Positions 53,111-63,542 of a DNA stretch of 64,000 nt are shown here, piece by piece; the stretch's first letter is position 1, and every line of letters starts with the position of its first letter. The notes under the pieces are model-generated. The model searched no databases and had not been told where the DNA came from. It saw only the letters and a list, made by a program, of their open reading frames with translations. The stretch spans positions 75,274 through 139,273 of IMG/VR virus record IMGVR_UViG_3300042731_009106; one strand, written 5' to 3'. Origin of the DNA: a virus. The position numbers were made by a program, and so were the translations under genes.

Positions 53111-54112
53111 ATGACAAATACAATACTAGGCTTAACTTGCATTAGCGAGCAACTCAAAGATCAAGACAAGAAAGCATATTCGTTTCGCACGATGACTCGC
53201 AAACGCTTCAATGACTTGTGTAACAAGGAAGGTAGAAATGAAGCAATTAAAGAGCTATCTGATAGAATTTTGCATAATGTTGTTGTTACTGCACATATTG
53301 TCAATCATTGTGCTAAGTCAAACATTGGGCATTATCGTGTTAGTTCTGCTCTTTTTCCTCTCGTTACCGATGAAACTTTGGAAATTGATCTTGAAGAGTT
53401 GCCCGATATTGAGGAAATCAACCAAGGATTGCGACAAGTAGGTATCGTTGCCAAGACTCTTGGCATAAGCATGGGTTCGCATCCCGATCAATTCAATGTT
53501 CTCGCATCAACAAATACTGATGCGGTTCGTAGAACTATTGGAGAATTAAATATGCAAGCTAGTGTGCTTGATAAAATGGGATTACCTCAAGATCATACTG
53601 CCCCAATGAACATTCATGTTAATTATACTCCCAAGATGGATGAAACTTTGGAAATTGTTGCAACTAGATTCTTTCGTAATCTCGCTATGTGTAATGCAGG
53701 AGTCTATAATCGCATTACTATCGAGAATGAAGATAAGGGTTTCTTTAATGTAGATAATTGCATTAAATTTAGCGACTATTTATTCGAGGTTCATAAGGTA
53801 AATATCCCTGTTTGTTATGACAATCTTCATGATTTTTGTAATCCATCAGAAGTCGAAAGTGTCTCATTTCAAGCTGAACGTTGTGCATATACATGGGTCA
53901 ACCAAGACGATGGTGACGAACATTTCATTGCTCCTGTCTTTCATTGGTCAGAAGGAACTCCCGAAAAACCTCGCGCTCATGCAGATTATTTTGCTCTTGG
54001 AAGTTTTCCACCTTATATTGCCATCGAAACAGACAAACCTGCAAAGTGGGAATGTGAAGTAAAACAAAAAGACAAAGCTATTGCATTACTACTTCAGAAT
54101 GCAAACATATAA
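53111..54112 (+). CDS. uvsE: UV DNA damage endonuclease
   Basis: LGLTC, YRVSS, SHPDQF, NIH, IENED, YDNLH, FHWSE, AHAD, ECEVKQKD all intact. Alternative start 53105. Confidence 0.92.
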   Translation: MTNTILGLTCISEQLKDQDKKAYSFRTMTRKRFNDLCNKEGRNEAIKELSDRILHNVVVTAHIVNHCAKSNIGHYRVSSALFPLVTDETLEIDLEELPDIEEINQGLRQVGIVAKTLGISMGSHPDQFNVLASTNTDAVRRTIGELNMQASVLDKMGLPQDHTAPMNIHVNYTPKMDETLEIVATRFFRNLAMCNAGVYNRITIENEDKGFFNVDNCIKFSDYLFEVHKVNIPVCYDNLHDFCNPSEVESVSFQAERCAYTWVNQDDGDEHFIAPVFHWSEGTPEKPRAHADYFALGSFPPYIAIETDKPAKWECEVKQKDKAIALLLQNANI

Positions 54113-54740
54113 AATAAAGGAATTAAGTAGACCAAACTTATTGATTGTATTTCAATCAATGAATCAGTTCTTATACAAAGAAGAAAATGCTGATACATTT
54201 GAATTTGAAAAAACTCTTTCACGCCAAGAACATGATGTAGGGTCATGTGATTATTTATTTATAAAAGACAACATCAAACCTTCTCTTGGCGGGGGTTGGT
54301 ATGTGAATCCACATGAAAAAATCAATAAGCTGAAAAAATTTTTACTAAAGCAAAAAACAAAGTATAATAAAATATGCACAACAGGCACAAGTGCAGGGGG
54401 TTTTGCAAGTATTCTTTATGGTAGCTTATGTAATGTAGATTTAGTTTTAGCGCTTGACCCTCAAACTATTTTATTCGACCTTCAAAGCAATAAAAAATTT
54501 CATAAAGTGAGACATTTAGAGGATACATTTCTTGACTGCAAACCTCATATCAATAATACTACAAAATATTTTATTTACAATAAATGCAACAAACCATACA
54601 ATGAATGTGACATTCCCGACAAGCTACATCATGTAGTCAATTCTCAACGACTTGAGAATTTTCCTAATGTTGAAATTATCAACTATGGCGATATTGGTAG
54701 TGAAGATTGGAAATCTTTATTAAAAAATAATGGATTTTAA
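54099..54740 (+). CDS. alpha/beta-hydrolase-like protein
   Basis: Nucleophile elbow GTSAGGFAS; LALDPQT. Confidence 0.55.
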   Translation: MQTYKIKELSRPNLLIVFQSMNQFLYKEENADTFEFEKTLSRQEHDVGSCDYLFIKDNIKPSLGGGWYVNPHEKINKLKKFLLKQKTKYNKICTTGTSAGGFASILYGSLCNVDLVLALDPQTILFDLQSNKKFHKVRHLEDTFLDCKPHINNTTKYFIYNKCNKPYNECDIPDKLHHVVNSQRLENFPNVEIINYGDIGSEDWKSLLKNNGF

Positions 54741-54742
54741 GT

Positions 54743-54771
54743 TTGACACATCAAAATATTTATTGTAGATT
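54743..54771 (+). promoter_or_regulatory. sigma70-type promoter, leaderless
   Basis: TTGACA, N17, TAGATT; predicted +1 is ATG 54778. Confidence 0.75.
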
Positions 54772-54777
54772 TAAATT

Positions 54778-55314
54778 ATGAACAAAAAACCATTTCTTAT
54801 TGGCGATTTCGTTAAAGAGAGATCACTTAGATTAAAAAAACGTATCGGTCAAATTACTGCAATTAGAGACGACAAAAATACCACACTTGAATGTATTCAA
54901 GTTCATCACAGAAACCTTGAACCAATTCAAGATTATATTGGTCAAGCTAAAAGTTTTACTTTGCGATCAAAAAATGCCAAGCATTATACTCCAAAACATT
55001 TATTGTTTCACAAAAAACCATTTGACATTTCATCTTACATTCAATATAAAGAGAAAGGTAAATACAAGTTTGGCAGAATCGTTGGTTACTTACATCGAGA
55101 AGAAGGTTTATATCCACACTCTTATGACATTAGAAAGCACAATGGTAAAGATTTATTAGAATGCATAGAAATAAAACCTATTGGTTTAAGTAGAGTCAAA
55201 AATGCTCATGGTTGCCCTAACTTTTTCGTAGCTGACCCAAGCAAATCAAAAGTCCTTGGTGTTGTTTATGATGAAGAGGATGGTAAAATTAAATTAGAAG
55301 GATTTCATTCTTAA
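54778..55314 (+). CDS. protein with an internal duplication (SH3/KOW-like repeats?)
   Basis: KKPFLIGDFV..IGQI..LECIQV versus KKPFDISSYI..FGRI..LECIEI. Confidence 0.55.
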   Translation: MNKKPFLIGDFVKERSLRLKKRIGQITAIRDDKNTTLECIQVHHRNLEPIQDYIGQAKSFTLRSKNAKHYTPKHLLFHKKPFDISSYIQYKEKGKYKFGRIVGYLHREEGLYPHSYDIRKHNGKDLLECIEIKPIGLSRVKNAHGCPNFFVADPSKSKVLGVVYDEEDGKIKLEGFHS

Positions 55315-55319
55315 AAAAT

Positions 55320-55820
55320 ATGAATACATTAACAGATAATATAGAAATAATTGAAGGCAACTTACTCAAGATGCACTTTCATGGATTGGATTACATTGCT
55401 CATTCTTGTAATACCCATAATGTAATGGGTGCAGGTATTGCATTAGATATAAAACATACTTACCCCGAAGCATACTCTGCTGATTGTCATGCAATGATGG
55501 AAGGAGAGAATAAATTAGGTTGGTATAGTTTTGCATGGACTGACGCGACTCAAAGCAAAGGCGTATATAATATGTACACTCAAGATAGTATCGGGGGTGA
55601 AAGAGCAGTTAATTATGAAGCATTTTATACTGCTTTAAATCATGTTGCTAACCACATTGAATGGCAAGATGAGCATGATGATAAAACTTCCACTTTCGCC
55701 CTACCTTATGGTATTTCTTGTGGTCTTGCAGGGGGCAGTCCAAGAATCATTAATTCAATGATCCACGACATTTTAGTTGACAGATCATTTAAAACATATA
55801 TAGTTAAATACCATGAATAA
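55320..55820 (+). CDS. macrodomain (ADP-ribose-binding/hydrolase) protein
   Basis: IIEGNLL, IAHSCN..MGAGIA, VYNMYTQ, LPYGISCGLAGG. Confidence 0.88.
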   Translation: MNTLTDNIEIIEGNLLKMHFHGLDYIAHSCNTHNVMGAGIALDIKHTYPEAYSADCHAMMEGENKLGWYSFAWTDATQSKGVYNMYTQDSIGGERAVNYEAFYTALNHVANHIEWQDEHDDKTSTFALPYGISCGLAGGSPRIINSMIHDILVDRSFKTYIVKYHE

Positions 55821-56751
55821 ATTAGAAGAAGCAATGGGTATGATGTCTAATATACAATCTGACATTGATACTATGATCTATGCAATCGGTGATGCTCCTC
55901 GTAAATATACTGAGGATGAATTACTTAATATGTTGATGGGAATGAGTCAATTACATCAAACTCGTTATGATCATCTATGGGTTGAGTATGAAAATTTCAA
56001 ACGAGAGCATAGAGCCTTTGATGAGGATGATATATTCGATCAAAATTACCAAAACACAAATAAAGGGAAATAATTATGGAAGTTTGTTTAGAGTTAGAGC
56101 AAAAATATAAAGATAGTCTAATTGCAAAGTTTTTACATCATGTAGAAAAAGTTGAAGCCGATCACGATGTTAAAACTGATGGCGATAATACAGATTATTG
56201 GAATAGTATGCAATTAGAGGATGGAAGTTTCGTTGATTATAATTTTCACATGATGTCTGAATGGGATGACCTCGATAGAAGTTGGACTTGTGAAGTTTAC
56301 TCAGTTGATCCACCAACAGAAGATAATGAATATCATTCGATCAATACTGATTTGGTATTGTTGTTAGCTTTTTATCAACCCAAAACCAAAAAATTAGAAA
56401 TAGATGACTTGGTTCATTAAATATTTAATTATAACTTCTCTTGTGATATGGTTTTTAGTTCTTATGAGTTGAAAATCGCTATCGCAAATTTAACATATAT
56501 AATCACACAAAGAAAGGAAAATATGAAATATCAACCTAGAAAGAATAATACCTTATATGCAAATATCAACAATCGTATTGATTTTAACATTTTTAATTTT
56601 CTCTTTATTTGGGGGTTGCAAACCTAAAGTCTGCATTGAAGATTTTGAATACGAAGAGGTTTACCATCAATGCCCAAAACAAGGTCATGGTCAATGCCCT
56701 ATTTGCTTTGACCCACAATTAAAGAATCATGAAATGGCTCTCAAAAATTAA
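55813..56751 (+). other. small acidic hypothetical ORFs (55813-56073, 56076-56420, 56557-56751)
   Basis: Co-oriented short ORFs; 56557 has an N-terminal hydrophobic helix and four Cys. Confidence 0.55.
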
Positions 56752-56899
56752 TGCGGTTTTTATTAGAGTTATCTCTCATAATAATTATATTAGTCTTGAG
56801 TGTGCTATTCTTTTGGTCATAACCATTTTGCTATTTTTTTCAGCTTTTTAAATTTTTTTCTTTGCTTTTCGTTTTCGTTGCGCTATACTTATAACCATT

Positions 56900-57403
56900 A
56901 TGAATACAGACACACCAATATCCACTAAATGTCGAGTCAATAGTTTTATTACTTGCGATGGCGTTCACATTGATCCCGCAACAGGGAAACATTCACTCTT
57001 AGGAATCTTTTCAAGTTTAAGAGCTAAAAATTTTCCTGTTGTTCATCCTAAGATGACTTGGTTCTTATCTTTATCTGAACTACGTAAAGGCACGCATCAT
57101 CTTACAATTTCTATGGCAGACCCAACAGGAGAGCTAGAGCCTAAAATAATTATAGACAGAGATTTTGAAGCACCCGATCCTCTACATAGAGTTAATTTGA
57201 TCAATGACATTCATCGCCTCAAAATATTAGAAGCAAAAAATTACTCCATTGTCATTGAGGTAGATGACGAAATTATTTTTGTTGACACTTTACCTGTGAT
57301 AGATCAATATAGGAAATTAGAGAAAGATTTAGAACAACTCATAGAAGAGTATGAGGAAGACGAAGATGATGATTACTACAATGATGATGATAGCGTTTTT
57401 TAA
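56900..57403 (+). CDS. DUF6941-like beta-sandwich protein with an acidic tail
   Basis: ITCDGVHIDPATGKHSLLGIF..FP motif. Confidence 0.55.
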   Translation: MNTDTPISTKCRVNSFITCDGVHIDPATGKHSLLGIFSSLRAKNFPVVHPKMTWFLSLSELRKGTHHLTISMADPTGELEPKIIIDRDFEAPDPLHRVNLINDIHRLKILEAKNYSIVIEVDDEIIFVDTLPVIDQYRKLEKDLEQLIEEYEEDEDDDYYNDDDSVF

Positions 57404-57405
57404 TT

Positions 57406-58053
57406 ATGAATGATTTACAAATAGATAGTTGGCTCACTATTAGGCAAGAAGATGATGAAGATGTAATGTCTGCACCAATCATGTGGTTGGATGATAATTC
57501 AGAGTATGATTTGTTTCCATCTAGCGATCTAAATATAGATTGGGTAGAAGAAATGGATAAGGAAGGCGCACCAATTATTGATGGTGATTCTCTTGGGCGT
57601 GACATTTGCATTGAAGTATCTTCTCTATCTAAGGGTTGGAATAAACGACGTGCAGTTGGATACAATATTGATTTTAATTGGAATTAAATAATTATGAAAT
57701 TATCACTAACATTACACAATAAAACTTATAGCATTGAATCTGACGAAGGTTACGATGGATCAAATGTTTACGAACTCGCAGAACAATTTAAAGGCTTGCT
57801 CGTCAATGCAGGATTTCATCCATCTAATGTTGATAGTATTTTTAATTTAGATTGCCAATGGTTTACTGACGAAGAAAATGAAGGCAATATGCAAGGTCAT
57901 ATTAATTTCAACAAAACCAACCAATTTGGCAAATTACCTCATCATTACGACAACGAACCTATACTAGATTCCGAAGCAAAAGATAGGATGCAAAAGAGGA
58001 TAGATCAATTTCAAAACAATATGTATAGACAAGATGATGACAAGCCTCTTTAG
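57406..58053 (+). other. two acidic hypothetical ORFs (57406-57687, 57694-58053)
   Basis: D/E-rich ORFs in the operon direction. Confidence 0.55.
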
Positions 58054-58199
58054 TCGAATTCTTTTTTACATTGGTGATAAAATTAGCAATTTATTGTACT
58101 TTAAGTGGATGGGTATAATTTTATATCCTGTTTACAAAAAGTTAATGATTTGGAGTTCTGAGCTTGACAAAGACGGCATAATATGGAAAGATATAGACA

Positions 58200-58751
58200 A
58201 TGATACTTAATACTTTAGAAACAATACCTTTTACCCAAGAAGATATTGACAATGCTCATGCTAGAGCTAAAGCTATGGGTGAAATTGCTAACTCCATAAC
58301 AAAAGGCAGAGCTAATAAATCTGCTTTTTTATGCGAAAACGCCATCCTTAGATCATTACATGAACCTTTGTCTGACGAAAAAGATTTTGACTTTTTACAC
58401 AAAAACTATCGTTGTGAAATTAAGACAAAGAGGGGAGAATATGATCCACAACCTCATTACGATGCAAGTATAGCTGACACTAGCACACATCAAAATCCCG
58501 ACATCTATATTTTTTGTAGAATCATTTTTGCAGAAAAGAAAGGCAAAGGGATTCATGCAGAATACTTCAAACCTCAAAGGATTTGGTTCTGCGGTTGGGA
58601 CTACAAAGATAGTTACTTTAAAAAAGCTACTTACCACAAAAAGGGGGACTATGATCCTAGCAATAAATTTTACTTTAAGAATAATTGCTACAATGTACCT
58701 TACTCTAAATTACGTTCTTTTACTCAATTCAAAATATTACATCCAAAATGA
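58200..58751 (+). CDS. PD-(D/E)XK nuclease-like protein
   Basis: DFDF..CEIKTKR..HYDASIA..DIYIF..GW. Confidence 0.55.
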   Translation: MILNTLETIPFTQEDIDNAHARAKAMGEIANSITKGRANKSAFLCENAILRSLHEPLSDEKDFDFLHKNYRCEIKTKRGEYDPQPHYDASIADTSTHQNPDIYIFCRIIFAEKKGKGIHAEYFKPQRIWFCGWDYKDSYFKKATYHKKGDYDPSNKFYFKNNCYNVPYSKLRSFTQFKILHPK

Positions 58752-59838
58752 ATGGAAAATGGGATCATTCAACAAAACCATCTACCTACAAATTGCTTGA
58801 CAAAGATGGAAAAGTGTTTTATAGTGGAGCATTTAAAAACTGCATGGAGAAACAAGAAAAAATGAATGGAGAAATAACACAAGATGTATATTTTACTAGA
58901 GGATACCAAAAAGGTTACTCTGACGCTCAAGAAAGTTTGGCACTTAAAATGAGTAAAACTATTATGGATGATAGTGATGCAGGTTACGATCAAGGAATTA
59001 AAGATTGCAATAGAATTTTATGCGAGCAATTAGACGAAATGATTGCAGATCAAAAAGCGATTTATGAAAGATATGAATATAAAGACGAATGGAGTGCTTT
59101 GATGAAACTTCAAGATGTTCGTGAAAAACTTTTTGGATCGTATAAAAATGATTGACACAATTTTACAATCTGATATAAAATGGGATGCAGTTGTTGCAGT
59201 TATAATCATCATTGGATGTCTTGGAATTAGTATTTATAACCTTTGGAATAATAATAGAGATTCGTGAAAACAATTAAAACAAAAACACAACCATACAAAG
59301 CTGAACATTGTACTTACTATTTAGTAAGTAGAAAGTCTAATTTAAACAAAAAAGGTATCAAGAGAAAACGTGGCGAGCAACTCATCTTACGCACTAGAGA
59401 TAGTTATAAGTCAACTTATCCCGAATTTCCGAATGGTACATATTATGAATATCAAATTCACATTGATCCCTTTATGAAAGGAAAACCATGCAAGAAATAT
59501 TATTTTCACGACACAAAACAAAACCATAAACATTTTCTTGGTGTTGAAATCTTTGAAAGCATTGATCCTAAATATATTGGTAAAAGAGATAATAGTTGCT
59601 TTCATGTCAAAGGTGGAGTTGTTAGATTTGGAGATAAAAATAAATGCTCAAAAAATTTTGGTTAATATGGGCTAGAACATTAGACCATCGAGTTGGCAGA
59701 ACTGATGACGATGAACCCGACATACCTATTCTATCTTTAAAAGATGCACAATTTAGTTTAACCTTGAGGACGATTATAGTTGTTTTAAATATGATAACTT
59801 GTGTATTTATTATCCTAAATGTAATCAGACATTGGTAA
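58748..59838 (+). other. hypothetical ORFs 58748-59155, 59264-59665, 59644-59838
   Basis: Coupled ORFs; the last has a C-terminal TM helix. Confidence 0.55.
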
Positions 59839-60239
59839 TGGATGAAAAAAAAATACCCGACAACGTCGCACTAAACCCCCACTCTCTTCCTTATGCTAGT
59901 AATTTAGGCTCTCCTGTCATCAAGCCCGACCATAGCTTGGGCGGTTGGAAAGATGGAGCAGTTCATCGAGCAAATAAACATTATGATGAAAGATTTAACA
60001 AACTAAAAAAAGAATTCAACGAATTATATGACGAATTCAAATGGAATGAAATAATCTTCAATGCCGAAATGAGGTTTAAACCTGTTATTGGAAAACCTTA
60101 TTATCTTTTTCAAAAAGAAAATGGTAAATTTTACTTGACTTTATTTGCTCCACATGAAAGAATTGGTGGAGATGAAGGTTATCAAGGTGCATTTAGATTA
60201 AATTATGACAATAGATGGGAAAAGATAAATGAAAAATAA
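59838..60239 (+). CDS. DUF2452-like protein
   Basis: LPYASNLGSPVIKP, FKPVIGKPYYL, FRLNYDNRW; ATG 59838 overlaps the upstream TAA. Confidence 0.6.
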   Translation: MDEKKIPDNVALNPHSLPYASNLGSPVIKPDHSLGGWKDGAVHRANKHYDERFNKLKKEFNELYDEFKWNEIIFNAEMRFKPVIGKPYYLFQKENGKFYLTLFAPHERIGGDEGYQGAFRLNYDNRWEKINEK

Positions 60240-60341
60240 ATTAAACGCAATTAAAGAAACTTTTTGTTTCATTGGAGTATTTTTTGCCTTGCTATGTTTG
60301 CAAATATGGTACATACTCACAGATAGTGAATAAAATAATTC

Positions 60342-60370
60342 TTGACAAATAACTCAAATAACAATAAAAT
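60342..60370 (+). promoter_or_regulatory. sigma70-type promoter, near-leaderless
   Basis: TTGACA, N17, TAAAAT; ATG 60378. The track's TTG start at 60342 is the -35 box. Confidence 0.75.
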
Positions 60371-60377
60371 TATTATT

Positions 60378-61737
60378 ATGAATAACGAACTATATCAAAT
60401 GTTAAAATCGTCTGCTGAAGCAGATATAGCTAAAGCGAAACTCACGCTTAATCTTTTAAGTGAAAAGTCAGTAGGAATTGGAGATCACTCCACCGAAGAT
60501 TTCTACAAAAATGCAGAACAAGCATTAGCTTTGTTGGATGATGGTCAAAGCAGACTTGAAACTTTAGAGAAATATAAACAAAGCGTTTAATGAAAGAAAT
60601 AATCTTAAATGTTTTAAGTGACATTGCTTGTGGTAATACAGGCACTTGTCAAATAAATATGCAATCAGAAAGCGCTAGAGAAATGATTGCCAATAAACTT
60701 GAAAAAGAACTTGACAAATACGTTAATTCTATGATAGAAGATATTATGTGTCCACCATTAGAAAAATATGAATAAAGACGAAGAATATGTAAAAACCTTA
60801 TTAAAACTCAATCAACTTATTGGTCAAGATATTTTAAAAAACGATAGCTTTACCGAAGAAGATTTAACGGAAGTACGAGATCGAGTAGGTGATCTTATCA
60901 CTCAATTAGAATTTTGGATTGAGCAAGATAATTCTGAAAGATTTTGCTACGAATTAAAAAACCACATCCAATGGATGATAGATAATTACTCTTAATAAAA
61001 CCTAAATATATAATGAATACTGAAATGAATATTAATACTCTTAAAGAACAACGCGATCACCTACTTTCTCATGTTTGGCATGACTCAAAACAACCTCCTC
61101 AAGCTATTGATGATGAAGTTGCATGGGGTATTATTGAATTACTAGACTCTCTAATTAGTGAGAGCGAGGATGTTAAAAACGTAATCTACAAATAAGATGG
61201 GTTGCGAGAAAGAAAATTGTAATTGCTCATGCTCAGATAGGGCAAGAGAGCATTATGAAGATTTAATGTTTGAACATTACTCAAATTTATTTCTCAATGG
61301 TGAAGATATTATTAATCAAGTATCTCAATCGAATACTGATGCTATTGTTCTTGAGCCAAGAAAAACAATGAATTGCGCTATTGTGGGATTTGATTCTGAT
61401 AATAGAATTATTTATTCTTACAATAAAATAATTGAAATGTTTATGCACTTCGATAAAATGTCTGAAGAGGAAGCAAGAGAACACTTTGATTATAATGTTC
61501 TAGGAACTTTTGATGGTATGGACAATAAAAATAAACCTATTTTCATGTATGAAAATTAAAACATACGAAATTGAAGTTAGTGCCACTACTTGTCGCACTT
61601 ATTACATTGATGCCGAATCAAGCGATGAGGCAGAAGAAAGAGTTTTTGCTGAAATAGATGCGGATTGGGAGATTAGTAAGGCATGGAAGCAAAATGCCGA
61701 AATTTCTTACATCGAAGAGCAAGATAAAAAAAATTAA
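60378..61737 (+). other. run of small hypothetical ORFs (60378-60590, 60590-60775, 60768-60995, 61013-61195, 61197-61559, 61549-61737)
   Basis: Coupled short ORFs; 61197 carries the common phage motif AIVG..IYSY..EEA.EHFDYNV.G. Confidence 0.6.
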
Positions 61738-61745
61738 TTTTTTCC

Positions 61746-61774
61746 TTGCCTTTTAGCAAAAGGTTTAGTAGTAT
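61746..61774 (+). promoter_or_regulatory. sigma70-type promoter
   Basis: TTGCCT, N17, TAGTAT; ATG 61785. The track's TTG start is the -35 box. Confidence 0.6.
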
Positions 61775-61784
61775 CATAATTATT

Positions 61785-62882
61785 ATGGATATTACAGAAG
61801 AAAAAAACCAACTTGCAAGCCTACTTTCTTATGAATGTACGCTCAATAATATGATTAACGAGTTTCTCGATTATGAAGCTACAAGTGATGTCGCTAACGA
61901 AATGTTGTTACTCAACGATGTCTTACTTGAAAAGATGCTAGAGAGAGCAGAACACATTGGCATCGAGGGCGTTAATGAAAATACTACTCACTCTGATTTC
62001 TATGCAATTCTAAATACAGACTAATCATGGGTGGAGAAGGAAAGTCAGTAAGTTTTAGAAGAACGTTAGAGACTACAAAGTCCAATCAAGAACTCCTTGA
62101 AGAGTTTAAGGATTTAGTTTATTCTAATAAAAAGATAATGTCTCACATGAAATGGTATGGTTATGCCCATAGTGTTTATATGGAAGAGCATGGTGATAAA
62201 GAATTGGAAACATGGCAAAAAGAATATGTTGCAATTAAAGATACTTTTAATTTCTGCATTAGTGTTTATGATTCTTGGTATGAAGATGCCGACCTTTATG
62301 AGTCACATGAGCGAGAAGATAGTTTCGTTTCTCTTGCTAGAAAATTTGCAAACGACAATGCTCTCATGTACTTTCCTTGTGGCTTTACTCCCGAATGGTA
62401 TGAGAAAAACGAAGAAGGAAAGTATGAGCATTTTAAAGTCGAACCCAATGATAAAAATATTGACAAAATATGTGATATGTGGCATCGTTATGGAATAATG
62501 AAACTACAAGCATTTGACGAAGAACTTGAATCTCAACTTTTGGGCGAGGCTCAAGAAGAAATTAAACAACTAATAACTACCTAATATGTGGAATTACAGA
62601 ATAATCAAACAAAAAGATTGTTATGGTCTTTACGAGGTCATATATAATGACGATGGAGAAATATGTGCGCATGGTGAAGAACCCGAAATGATCGGCGCAA
62701 GCCCAAAAGATTTGCTTGACACTTTAGAATTAATGATACATGATGTAAACGAACACATTATTGATGGTAAAGAAATATTAGAATATGATAAAATTAAATT
62801 CCATGAATTTTGTAAAGATTTAGATAAAGGTGAAGAAATAACAATAGAAGAATTAGATGATATATTAAAGGACTTAGAATGA
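61785..62882 (+). other. acidic hypothetical ORFs (61785-62024, 62027-62584, 62586-62882)
   Basis: 62586 starts with the common phage motif MWNYRII..YGLYEV.Y. Confidence 0.6.
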
Positions 62883-63169
62883 ATGAATTAAAATTAAAAG
62901 AAACAGAAGATGGTGAATTATTTTTCAATATCCCCGATGATGTACTAGAAAGGCTAGGTTGGGAAGAGGGTGATGAAATAAAGTTTGTCGAGCAAGATGG
63001 TGGATTCTTATTAAAAAAAGTAAAATACGAATCGGTTGAGCTTGACTTTGACAAAGAAGATTTGTTAAACTACATGACTTATGCTCATTTTAAAAATATT
63101 ACATTCAACGAACTTTGTGAACAAGCAATTAAGGAAAAACTAGATGAACTCGAAAAAGAAGAAGGATAA
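62879..63169 (+). CDS. AbrB/MazE-like swapped-hairpin DNA-binding protein
   Basis: GELFFNIPDDVLERLGWEEGDEIKF. Confidence 0.7.
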   Translation: MNELKLKETEDGELFFNIPDDVLERLGWEEGDEIKFVEQDGGFLLKKVKYESVELDFDKEDLLNYMTYAHFKNITFNELCEQAIKEKLDELEKEEG

Positions 63170-63507
63170 ATACTTTGTATTCTCTGTGCCAACTGCTTTT
63201 GTTTATGAAATACAAGCAGAAACAGAAGAAGAGGCGCGCGAAATATTAGTCGAAGAAGGTGGACTCAGTATTTTTGGCGAGCAATGCGAAATGACAAGTG
63301 AAGATTACGCTCAAGCAGACTTGGAACAAACTTACGAAATGTAGAAGTGGATAATTTAGATAAAATCATAATCAAGGGAATAGATAATTACTTACTAGAT
63401 AATGGTTATCAATCATTTTCTCCGAATCTACTCTTGAAGCAAACACAATTAGAGTTAGCTATTTACATAAGGAAGCAAGTTCAATTATATTTAACAGGAA
63501 AAAAATC

Positions 63508-63536
63508 TTGACAATTCAAAACAATCAATATAAGGT
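63508..63536 (+). promoter_or_regulatory. sigma70-type promoter, leaderless
   Basis: TTGACA, N17, TAAGGT; predicted +1 is ATG 63543. Confidence 0.7.
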
Positions 63537-63542
63537 GAGATA

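Noticed and set aside
58164-59181. TTGACA at 58164 and 59152 as promoters
   Set aside because: Both fall inside small ORFs (codons CTT GAC AAA and ATT GAC ACA) and have weak or mis-spaced -10 boxes. 58164 is 36 nt from ATG 58200, so it remains possible but was not counted.
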